Source of the DNA: the human T2T-CHM13v2.0 reference genome, Homo sapiens
DNA length: 64,000 nt
Direction: 5' to 3' (one strand)
Assembly: GCF_009914755.1 (NCBI RefSeq)
Contig: NC_060933.1
Shown: positions 42,462 to 55,690 of the stretch, piece after piece
How the letters are laid out: each line of letters begins with the position of its first letter
Position numbering within the stretch: the first letter of the stretch is position 1
Position numbers and translations under genes: made by a program
Notes under the pieces: model-generated
Told to the model about the DNA's origin: nothing
Seen by the model: only the letters and a program-made list of their open reading frames with translations
The model's database searches: none

Positions 42462-42626
42462 GGAATGGAAGGGAATGGAATGGAATGGAAACTAATAGAA
42501 TGGAATCAACCCGAGTGGAATGGAATGGAAAGGACTGGAATGGAATGGAATGGAATGGAATCAACTCGATTGTAATGGAATGGAATGGAATGGAATGGAA
42601 TGGAATGCAATGGAAAGGAATGGAAT

Positions 42627-45600
42627 TAACCCGAATACAATGGAATGGAATGGAATGGAACGGAATGGAGTGGAATGGAATGGAATCAATCCGAGTGCAC
42701 GGGAATGGAATGGAATGGAATGCAATGGAATGGAATCATCCGGAATGGAATGGAAAGGAATGGAATGCAAAGCAATGGAATCAACTCGATTGCAATGGAA
42801 TGTAATGGAATGGAAAGGAATACATTGGAATCAAGCCGACTGGAATGAAATGGAAAGGACTGGAATGGAGTGGAATGGAATGGAATGGAATGGAATGGAA
42901 TGGAATCAACTCGATTGGAATGGAATGGAATGGAATGGAATGGAATGGAATGCAATTAACCCGAATAGAATGGAATGGAATGGAATGGAACGGAACGGAA
43001 TGGAATGGAATGGAATGGAATGGAATTTAATGGAATGGAATCAACCCGACTGCAGGGGAATGGAATGGAATGGAATGCAATGGAATGGATTCAACTTGAA
43101 TGGAATGGAAAGAATGGAATCGATACGAGCGGAATGGCATGGATTGGAATGGAATGGAATGGAATCAACCCGAGTACAGGGGAAAGGAATGGAATGGAAT
43201 GCAATGGAATGGAATCATCCGTAATGGAATGGAAAGGAATGGAATGGAATGGAATGGAATGGAATGGAATCAACTCGATTGCAATCGAATGGAATGGAAT
43301 GGAATTAACCCGAATAGAATGGAATGGAATGGAATGGAATGGAATGGAATGGAACAGAAAGGAATGGAATGGAATGGAATGGAATGGAATGGAATGGAAT
43401 GGAATCAACGTGAGTGCAGGGGAATGGAATGGAATGGAATGCAACGGAATGGAATCTTCCGGAATGGAATGGAATGGAATGGAATGGAATAAACCCGAGT
43501 GCAATGGAATGGAGTGGAATGGAATGGAATGGAATGGAACAACCCGAATGGAATGGAATGTAATGGAGAGTAAGGGAGTTGAATAGAATCAATCCGAATG
43601 TAATGGAATGGAATGGAACGGAATGGAATGGAATGGAATGGAATGGAATGCAATGGAATGGAATCAACCCGAGTGCAATGGAATGGAGAGGAATGGAATG
43701 GAATGGAATGGAAACTACCCGAATGGAATGGAATGTAATGGAGTGTAAGGGAATTGAATAGAATCAATCCGAATGTAATGGAATGGAATGGAACGGAATG
43801 GAATGGAATGGAATGGAATGGAATGGAATGGAATGCTATGGAATGGAATCAACCCGAGTGCAATCGAATGGAATCAAATGGAATGGAATGCAATGGAATG
43901 GATTCAACTTGAATGGAATGGAAAGAATGGAATCAACACGAGTGGAAGGGCATGGATTGGAATGCAATGGAATGGAATCAACCCGAGTACAGGGGAATGG
44001 AATGGAATGGAATGCAATGGAATGGAATCATCCGTAATGGAATGGAAAGGAATGGAATGGAATGTAATGGAATGTAATGGAATGGAATGGAATCAACACG
44101 ATTGCAATCGAATGGAATGGAATGGTATTAACCCGAACAGAATGGAATGGAATGGAATGGAACGGAACGGAATGGAATGGAATGGAATGGAATGGAATGG
44201 AATGGAACGGAATGGAATGGAATGGAATGGAATGGAATGGAATCAACGCGAGTGCAGGGGAATGGAATGGAATGGAATGCAATGGAATGGAATCTTCTGG
44301 AATGGAATGGAATGGAATGGAATGGAATGGAATGGAATGAAATGCAATGGATTCAACTCGATTGCAATGGAATGGAATAGAATGGAATGGAATGGAATGG
44401 AATGGAATTAACCCGAATAGAATGGAATGGAATGGAATGGAACGGAATGTAATGGAATGGAATGGTATGGAACGGAATGGAATGGTACGGAATAGAATGG
44501 AATGGATCGAATTGTAATGGAATGGAATTGAATGGAATGGAATGGAATGGAATGGAATGGAATCAACGCGAGTGCAGGGGAATGTAATGGAACGGAATGC
44601 AATGGAATGGAATCATCCGGAATGGAATGGAATGGAATGGAATGGAATGGAATGGAATCAAACCGAGTGCAATGGAATGGAGTGGAATGGAATGGAATGG
44701 AATGGAACAACACGAATGGAACGGAATGTAATGGAGAGTAAGGGAGTTGAATAGAATCAATCCGAATGTAATGGAATGGAATGCAACGGAACGGAATGGA
44801 ATGGAATGGAATGGAATGCAATGGAATGGAATCAACCCGAGTACAATGGAATGGAATGGAATGGAATGGAATGGAATGGAATGGAATGGAATGCCTTAAA
44901 TCCGAATGGAATGGAAAGGAATGGAATCAACATGAGTGGAATGGAATGGAATGGAATGGAATGGAATGGAATGGAATGGAATGATACGGAATAGAATGGA
45001 ATGGAACGAAATGGAATGGAATGGAATGGAATGGAATGGAATGGAATAGTTCTGAGTGGAATAGGAGGGAATGTATTCGAGTGGAATGCAAAGGAATGGA
45101 ATTAACCAGACTGGAATGGAAGGGAATGGAATGGAATGGAAACTAATAGAATGGAATCAACCCGAGTGGAATGGATTGGAAAGGACTGGAATGGAATGGA
45201 ATGGAATGGAATCAACTCGATTGTAATGGAATGGATTGGAATGGAATGGAATGGAAGGAATTAACCCGAATACAATGGAATGGAATGGAATGGAACGGAA
45301 TGGAGTGGAATGGAATGGAATCAAGCCGAGGGAAGGGGAATGGAATGGAATGGAATGCAATGGAATGGAATCATCCGGAATGGAATGGAAAGGAATGGAA
45401 TGGAATCAATTCGATTGGAATGGAATGGAATGGAATGGAATATAATGGAATTAACCCGAATAGAATGGAATGGAATGGAATGGAACGGAAAGGAATGGAA
45501 TGGTATGGAATGGAATGGAATGGAATGGAATGGAATCAACCCGACTGCAGGGGAATGGAATGGAATGGAATGCAATGGAATGGAATCATCCATAATGGAA

Positions 45601-48600
45601 TGGAAAGGAATGGAATGGAATGGAATGGAATGGAATGGAATGGAATGGAATGGAATCAACTCGATTGTAATCGAATGGAATGGAATGGAATTAACCCGAA
45701 TAGATTGGAATGGAATGGAATGGAATCAACCCGAGTACAGGGGAATGGAATGGAATGGAATGCAATGGAATGGAATCATCCATAAAGGAATGGAAAGGAA
45801 TGGAATGGAATGGAATGGAATGGAATAGAATGGAATTGAATGGAATGGAATCAACTCGATTGCAATAGAATGGAATGGAATGGAATCAACCCGAATAGAA
45901 TGGAATGGAATGGAATGGAACGGAACGGAATTGAATGGAATGGAATGGAATTGAACGGAACGGAATGGAATGGAATGGAATGGAATGGAATGGAATCAAC
46001 ACGAGTGCATGGGAATGGAATGGAATGGATTGGAATGGAATGGAATCTTCCGGAATGGAATGGAATGGAATGGAATGGAATGGATTTAACTCGATTGCAA
46101 TGGAATGGAATGGAATGGAATGGAATGGAATGGAATGGAATGGCATTAACCCGAATAGAATGGAATGGAATGGAATGGAAAGGAAGGTAATGGAATGGAA
46201 TGGAATGGCATTACCCGAATAGAATGGAATGGAATGGAATGGAATGGAAAGGAAGGTAATGGAATGGAATGGAATGGAATCAACCCGAGTGCAGGGGAAT
46301 GGAATGGAATGGAATGCAATGGAATGGAATCATCCGGAATGGAATGCAATGGAATGGAATGGAATGCAATGGAATGGAATCATCCGGAATGGAATGGATT
46401 GGAATGGAATGGAATGGAATCGAATGGAATGGAATGGAATGGAATAAACTCGATTCCAATGGAATGGAATGGAATGGAATGGAATGGAATGGAATAGAAT
46501 CAACTCGATTCCAATGGAATGGAATGGAATAGAACGGAATGGAATTAACACGAATAGAATGGAATGGAATGGAATGGAACGGAATGGAATGGAATGGAAT
46601 GGATTCAACTCGATTGCAATGGAATGAAATAGAATGGAATTGAATGGAATGGAATGGAATTAACCCGAATAGAATGGAATGTAATGGAATGGAACGGAAT
46701 GTAATGGAATAGAATGGAATGGAATCAACCTGAGTGCAGGGGAATGGAATGGAATGGAATGCAATGGAATGGAATCATCAGGAATGGAATGGAATGGAAT
46801 GGAATGGAATGGAATGGAATGGAATGGAATCAACTCGTTTTCAATGGAATGGAATGGAATAGAATGGAATGGAATTAACACGAATAGAATGGATTGGAAT
46901 GGAATGGAATGGAACGGAAAGGAATGGAATAGAATGGAATGGAATCAACCAAAGTGCAGGGGAATGGAATGGAATGGAATTCAGTGGAATGGAATCATCC
47001 GGAATGGAATGGAATGGAATGGAATGGCATGGAATGGAATGGAATCAACCCGAGTGCAATGGAATGGAGAGGAATGGAATGGCATGGAATGGAAACTACC
47101 CGAATGGAATGGAATGTAATGGAGTGTAAGGGAATTGAATAGAATCAATCCGAATGTAATGGAATGGAATGGAACGCAATGGAATGAAATGGAATGGAAA
47201 GGAATGGAATGGAATGGAATTAACCCGAATACAATGGAATGGAATGGAATGGAAGGGAATGGAGTGGAATGGAATGGAATCAATCCGAGTGCACGGGAAT
47301 GGAATGGAATGGAATGCAATGGAATGGAATCATCCGGAATGGAATGGCATGGAATGGAATGCAAAGCAATGGAATCAACTCGATTGCAATGGAATGTAAT
47401 GGAATGGAAAGGAATACATTGGAATCAAGCCGACTGGAATGAAATGGAAAGGACTGGAATGGAGTGGAATGGAATGGAATGGAATCAACTCGATTGGAAT
47501 GGAATGGAATGGAATGGAATGGAATGGAATGGAATGGAATGGAATGCAATTAACCCGAATAGAATGGAATGGAATGGAATGGAACGGAACGGAATGGAAT
47601 GGAATGGAATGGAATGGAATTTAATGGAATGGAATCAACCCGACTGCAGGGGAATGGAATGGAATGGAATGCAATGGAATGGATTCAACTTGAATGGAAT
47701 GGAAAGAATGGAATCAATACGAGTGGAATGGCATGGATTGGAATGGAATGGAATGGAATCAACCCGAGTACAGGGGAAAGGAATGGAATGGAATGCAATG
47801 GAATGGAATCATCCGTAATGGAATGGAAAGGAATGGAATGGAATGGAATGGAATCAACTCGATTGCAATCGAATGGAATGGAATGGAATTAACCTGAATA
47901 GAATGGAATGGAATGGAATGGAATGGAATGGAACGGAAAGGAATAGAATGGAATGGAATGGAATGGAATGGAATGGAATGGAACGGAAAGGAATGGAATG
48001 GAATGGAATGGAATGGAATGGAATGGAACGGAATGGAATCAACGTGAGTGCAGGGGAATGGAATGGAATGGAATGCAACGGAATTGAATCTTCCGGAATG
48101 GAATGGAATGGAATGGAATGGAATGGAATAAACCCGAGTGCAATGGAATGGAGTGGAATGGAATGGAATGGAATGGAACAACCCGAATGGAATGGAATGT
48201 AATGGAGAGTAAGGGAGTTGAATAGAATCAATCCGAATGTAATGGAATGGAATGGAACGGAATGGAATGGAATGGAATGGAATGGAATGGAATGCAATGG
48301 AATGGAATCAACCCGAGTGCAATGGAATGGAGAGGAATGGAATGGAATGGAATGGAAACTACCCGAATGGAATGGAATGTAATGGAGTGTAAGGGAATTG
48401 AATAGAATCAATCCGAATGTAATGGAATGGAATGGAACGGAATGGAATGGAATGGAATGGAATGGAATGGAATGGAATGCTATGGAATGGAATCAACCCG
48501 AGTGCAATCGAATGGAATCAAATGGAATGGAATGCAATGGAATGGATTCAACTTGAATGGAATGGAAAGAATGGAATCAACACGAGTGGAAGGGCATGGA

Positions 48601-51600
48601 TTGGAATGCAATGGAATGGAATCAACCCGAGTACAGGGGAATGGAATGGAATGGAATGCAATGGAATGGAATCATCCGTAATGGAATGGAAAGGAATGGA
48701 ATGGAATGGAATGGAATGGAATGGAATGGAATGGAATGGAATCAACACGATTGCAATCGAATGGAATGGAATGGTATTAACCCGAATAGAATGGAATGGA
48801 ATGGAATGGAACGGAACGGAATGGAATGGAATGGAATGGAATGGAATGGAATGGAACGGAACGGAACGGAATGGAATGGAATGGAATGGAATGGAATGGA
48901 ATGGAATGGAATCAACGCGAGTGCAGGGGAATGGAATGGAATGGAATGCAATGGAATGGAATCTTCTGGAATGGAATGGAATGGAATGGAATGGAATGGA
49001 ATGGAATGGAATGAAATGCAATGGATTCAACTCGATTGCAATGGAATGGAATAGAATGGAATGGAATGGAATGGAATGGAATTAACCCGAATAGAATGGA
49101 ATGGAATGGAATGGAACGGAATGGAATGGAATGGAATGGTATGGAACGGAATGGAATGGTACGGAATAGAATGGAATGGATCGAATTGTAATGGAATGGA
49201 ATTGAATGGAATGGAATGGAATGGAATGGAATGGAATCAACGCGAGTGCAGGGGAATGTAATGGAACGGAATGCAATGGAATGGAATCATCCGGAATGGA
49301 ATGGAATGGAATGGAATGGAATGGAATGGAATGGAATCAAACCGAGTGCAATGGAATGGAGTGGAATGGAATGGAATGGAATGGAACAACACGAATGGAA
49401 CGGAATGTAATGGAGAGTAAGGGAGTTGAATAGAATCAATCCGAATGTAATGGAATGGAATGCAACGGAATGGAATGGAATGGAATGGAATGGAATGCAA
49501 TGGAATGGAATCAACCCGAGTACAATGGAATGGAATGGAATGGAATGGAATGGAATGGAATGGAATGGAATGCCTTAAATCCGAATGGAATGGAAAGGAA
49601 TGGAATCAACACGAGTGGAATGGAATGGAATGGAATGGAATGGAATGGAATGATACTGAATAGAATGGAATGGAACGAAATGGAATGGAATGGAATGGAA
49701 TGGAATGGAATGGAATAGTTCCGAGTGGAATAGGAGGGAATGTATTCGAGTGGAATGCAAAGGAATGGAATTAACCAGACTGGAATGGAAGGGAATGGAA
49801 TGGAATGGAAACTAATAGAATGGAATCAACCCGAGTGGAATGGATTGGAAAGGACTGGAATGGAATGGAATGGAATGGAATCAACTCGATTGTAATGGAA
49901 TGGATTGGAATGGAATGGAATGGAAGGAATTTACCCGAATACAATGGAATGGAATGGAATGGAACGGAATGGAGTGGAATGGAATGGAATCAAGCCGAGG
50001 GCAGGGGAATGGAATGGAATGGAATGCAATGGAATGGAATCATCCGGAATGGAATGGAAAGGAATGGAATGGAATCAATTCGATTGGAATGGAATGGAAT
50101 GGAATGGAATGGAATGGAATGCAATTAACCCGAATAGAATGGAATGGAATGGAATGGAACGGAAAGGAATGGAATGGAATGGAATGGAATGGAATGAAAT
50201 CAACCCGACTGCAGGGGAATGGAATGGAATGGAATGCAATGGAATGGAATCATCCATAATGGAATGGAAAGGAATGGAATGGAATGGAATGGAATGGAAT
50301 GGAATGGAATCAACTCGATTGTAATCGAATGGAATGGAATGGAATTAACCCGAATAGATTGGAATGGAATGGAATGGAATCAACCCGAGTACAGGGGAAT
50401 GGAATGGAATGGAATGCAATGGAATGGAATCATCCATAAAGGAATGGAAAGGAATGGAATGGAATGGAATGGAATGGAATGGAATAGAATGGAATTGAAT
50501 GGAATGGAATCAACTCGATTGCAATAGAATGGAATGGAATGGAATTAACCCGAATAGAATGGAATGGAATGGAATGGAACGTAACGGAATTGAATGGAAT
50601 GGAATGGAATGGAACGGAACGGAATGGAATGGAATGGAATGGAATGGAATGGAATTAACACGAGTGCATGGGAATGGAATGGAATGGATTGGAATGGAAT
50701 GGAATCTTCCGGAATGGAATGGAATGGAATGGAATGGAATGGAATGGATTTAACTCGATTGCAATGGAATGGAATGGAATGGAATGGAATGGAATGGAAT
50801 GGAATGGCATTAACCCGAATAGAATGGAATGGAATGGAATGGAATGGAAAGGAAGGTAATGGAATGGAATGGAATGGAATCAACCCGAGTGCAGGGGAAT
50901 GGAATGGAATGGAATGCAATGGAATGGAATCATCCGGAATGGAATGCAATGGAATGGAATGGAATGCAATGGAATGGAATCATCCGGAATGGAATGGATT
51001 GGAATGGAATGGAATGGAATCGAATGGAATGGAATGGAATGGAATCAACTCGATTCCAATGGAATGGAATGGAATGGAATGGAATGGAATGGAATGGAAT
51101 CAACTCGATTCCAATGGAATGGAATGGAATAGAACGGAATGGAATTAACACGAATAGAATGGAATGGAATGGAATGGAACGGAATGGAATGGAATGGAAT
51201 GGATTCAACTCGATTGCAATGGAATGAAATAGAATGGAATGGAATGGAATGGAATGGAATTAACCCGAATAGAATGGAATGGAATGGAATGGAACGGAAT
51301 GTAATGGAATAGAATGGAATGGAATCAACCTGAGTGCAGGGGAATGGAATGGAATGGAATGCAATGGAATGGAATCATCAGGAATGGAATGGAATGGAAT
51401 GGAATGGAATGGAATCAACTCGTTTTCAATGGAATGGAATGGAATAGAATGGAATGGAATTAACACGAATAGAATGGATTGGAATGGAATGGAATGGAAC
51501 GGAAAGGAATGGAATAGAATGGAATGAAATCAACCAAAGTGCAGGGGAATGGAATGGAATGGAATTCAGTGGAATGGAATCATCCGGAATGGAATGGAAT

Positions 51601-51810
51601 GGAATGGAATGGAATGGCATGGAATGGAATGGAATCAACCCGAGTGCAATGGAATGGAGAGGAATGGAATGGAATGGAATGGAAACTACCCGAATGGAAT
51701 GGAATGTAATGGAGTGTAAGGGAATTGAATAGAATCAATCCGAATGTAATGGAATGGAATGGAACGCAATGGAATGAAATGGAATGGAAAGGAATGGAAT
51801 GGAATGGAAT
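42627..51810 (+). repeat. ~4.6 kb tandem duplication (copy 1 42627-47220, copy 2 47221-~51810)
   Basis: ORF pairs 42645/47239, 43783/48427, 45171/49840, 46269/50869 and 47135/51725 (offsets 4585-4679). Private motifs CAATCCGAGTGCACGGG, GCTATGG, GGAAGGGCATGG, GCCTTAAATCCG, CAAGCCGAGGG, CTCGTTTTCAAT and CAACCAAAGT occur in both copies in order. Confidence 0.93.
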
Positions 51811-51830
51811 GGAATGCAATGGAATGGAAT

Positions 51831-54800
51831 CAACCCGAGTGGAATCGAATGGAATCGAATGGAATGGAATGCAATGGAATGGATTCAACTTGAATGGAAT
51901 GGAAAGAATGGAATCAACACGAGTGGAATGGCATGGATTGGAATGGAATGGAATGGAATCAACCCGATTACAGGGGAATTTAATGGAATGGAATGGAATG
52001 CAATGGAATGGAATCATCCGTAATGGAATGGAAAGGAATGGAATGGAATGGAATGGAATGGAATGGAATGGAATGGAATGGAATGGAATCATCTAGATTG
52101 CAATCGAATGGAATGGAATGTAATTAACCCGAATAGAATGGAATGGAATGGAATGGAACGGAACGGAATGGAATGGAAAGGAATGGAATGGAATGGAATG
52201 GACTGGAATGGAATCAACGCGAGTGCAGTGGAATGGAATGGAATGGAATGCAATGGAATGGTATGTTCCGGAATGGAATGGAATGGAATGGAATGGAATG
52301 GAATGGAATGGAATGCATTGGATTCAACTCGATTGCAATGGAATGGAATAGAATGGAATGGAATGGAATGGAATGGAATGGAATGGAATGGAATCAACCC
52401 GAATAGAATGGAATGGAATGGAATGGAACGGAACGGAATGGAATGGAACGGAATGGAATGGAATGCAATGGAATGGAATGGAATGGTATGGAATGGAATG
52501 GAATGGTAAGGAATAGAATGGAATGGAACGAATTGGAATGGAATGGAATCGAATGGAATGGAATGGAATAAACCCGAGTGCAGGGGAATGTAATGGAACG
52601 GAATGCAATGGAATGGAATCATCCGGAATGGAATGGAATGGAATGGAATGGAATGGAATCAACCCGAGTGCAATGGAATGGAGTGGAATGGAATGGAATG
52701 GAATGTAAACAACACGAATGGAATGGAATATAATGGAGTGTAAGGGAATTGAATGGAATCAATCCGAATGTAATGGAATGGAATGGAAAGGAATGGAATG
52801 GAATGGAATGGAATGGAATGGAATCAACCCGAGTGTAATGGAATGGAATCGAAAGGAATGGAAAGGAATGGAATGGATTCAACTCGATTGCAATGGAATG
52901 GAATAGAATGGAATGGAATGGAATGGAATTAACCCGAATAGAATGGAATGGAATGGAATGGAACGCAACAGAACGGAATGGAATGGAATGGAATGGAATG
53001 GAATGGAATGGAATGGTATGGAATGGAATGGAATGGTGCGGAATAGAATGGAATGGAACGAATTGGAATGGAATGGAATCGAATGGAATGGAATGGAATG
53101 GAATGGAATCAACCCGAGTGCAGTGGATTTTAATGGAACGGAATGCACTGGAATGGAATCATCCGCAATGGAATGGAATGGAATGAAATGGAATCAACCC
53201 GAGTGCTTTGGAATGGAGTGGAATGGAATGGAATGGAATGTAAACAACCCGAATGGAATGGAATATAATAGAGTGTAAGGGAATTGAATGGAATCAATCC
53301 GAATGCAATGGAATGGAATGGAAAGGAATGGAATTGAATGGAATGGAATGGAATGGAATCAACCCGAGTGTAATGGAATGGAATCGAAAGGAATGGAAAG
53401 CAATGGAATGGATTCAACACCAATGTAATGGAAAGGAATGGAATCAACCTGAGTGGAATGGCATGGAATGGAATGGAAAGGAATGGAATGGAATGGTACA
53501 GAACGGAATGGATTGGAACGAAATGGAATGGAATGGAATGGAATGGAATGCAATCAACTCGATTGCAATGGAATGGAATGGAATGGAATGGAATAGTATG
53601 GAAGGGAATTAACCCGAATAGATTGGAATGGAATGGAAAGGAATCAACGCGAGTACAGGGGAATGGAATGGAATGGAATGCAATGGAATGGAATCATCCG
53701 TAAAGGAATGGAAAGGAATGGAATGGAATGGAATGGAATGGAATGGAATGGAATGGAATGGAATGCAATGGAATGGAATCAACCCAAGCGCAATCGAATG
53801 GAATCGAATGGAATGGAATGCAATGGAATGGATTCAACTTGAATGGAATGGAAAGAATGGAATCAACACGAGTGGAATGGCATGCATTGGAATGGAATGG
53901 AATGGAATCAACCCGATTACAGGGGAATTTAATGGAATGGAATGGAATGCAATGGAATGGAATCATCCGTAATGGAATGGAAAGGAATGGAATGGAATGG
54001 AATGGAATGGAATGGAATGGAATGGAATCATCTAGATTGCAATCGAATGGAATGGAATGTAATTAACCCGAATAGAATGGAATGGAATGGAATGGAACGG
54101 AACGGAATGGAATGGAAAGGAATGGAATGGAATGGAATGGACTGGAATGGAATCAACGCGAGTGCAGTGGAATGGAATGGAATGGAATGCAATGGAATGG
54201 TATGTTCCGGAATGGAATATAATGGAATGGAATGGAATGGAATGGAATGGAATGGAATGGAATGCAATGGATTCAACTCGATTGCAATGGAATGGAATAG
54301 AATGGAATGGAATGGAATGGAATGGAATGGAATGGAATGGAATCAACCCGAATAGAATGGAATGGAATGGAATGGAACGGAACGGAATGGAATGGAACGG
54401 AATGGAATGGAATGCAATGGAATGGAATGGAATGGTATGGAATGGAATGGAATGGTAAGGAATAGAATGGAATGGAACGAATTGGAATGGAATGGAATCG
54501 AATGGAATGGAATGGAATAAACCCGAGTGCAGGGGAATGTAATGGAACGGAATGCAATGGAATGGAATCATCCGGAATGGAATGGAATGGAATGGAATGG
54601 AATGGAATCAACCCGAGTGCAATGGAATGGAGTGGAATGGAATGGAATGGAATGTAAACAACACGAATGGAATGGAATATAATGGAGTGTAAGGGAATTG
54701 AATGGAATCAATCCGAATGTAATGGAATGGAATGGAAAGGAATGGAATGGAATGGAATGGAATGGAATGGAATCAACCCGAGTGTAATGGAATGGAATCG

Positions 54801-55690
54801 AAAGGAATGGAAAGGAATGGAATGGATTCAACTCGATTGCAATGGAATGGAATAGAATGGAATGGAATGGAATGGAATTAACCCGAATAGAATGGAATGG
54901 AATGGAATGGAACGCAACGGAACGGAATGGAATGGAATGGAATGGAATGGAATGGAATGGAATGGTATGGAATGGAATGGAATGGTGCGGAATAGAATGG
55001 AATGGAACGAATTGGAATGGAATGGAATCGAATGGAATGGAATGGAATGGAATGGAATCAACCCGAGTGCAGTGGATTTTAATGGAACGGAATGCACTGG
55101 AATGGAATCATCCGCAATGGAATGGAATGGAATGAAATGGAATCAACCCGAGTGCTTTGGAATGGAGTGGAATGCAATGGAATGGAATGTAAACAACCCG
55201 AATGAAATGGAATATAATAGAGTGTAAGGGAATTGAATGGAATCAATCCGAATGCAATGGAATGGAATGGAAAGGAATGGAATTGAATGGAATGGAATGG
55301 AATGGAATCAACCCGAGTGTAATGGAATGGAATCGAAAGGAATGGAAAGCAATGGAATGGATTCAACACCAATGTAATGGAAAGGAATGGAATCAACCTG
55401 AGTGGAATGGCATGGAATGGAATGGAAAGGAATGGAATGGAATGGTACAGAACGGAATGGATTGGAACGAAATGGAATGGAATGGAATGGAATGGAATGC
55501 AATCAACTCGATTGCAATGGAATGGAATGGAATGGAATGGAATAGTATGGAAGGGAATTAACCCGAATAGATTGGAATGGAATGGAAAGGAATCAACGCG
55601 AGTACAGGGGAATGGAATGGAATGGAATGCAATGGAATGGAATCATCCGTAAAGGAATGGAAAGGAATGGAATGGAATGGAATGGAATGG
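51831..55690 (+). repeat. 1,949 bp tandem duplication (copy 1 51831-53779, copy 2 53780-~55690)
   Basis: ORF pairs 52324/54273, 52523/54472, 52879/54828 and 53428/55377 are all offset 1949. Private motifs CCCGATTACAGGGGAATTTAAT, CATCTAGATTG, GGTATGTTCCGG and GTGGATTTTAATGG occur in both. Confidence 0.93.
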
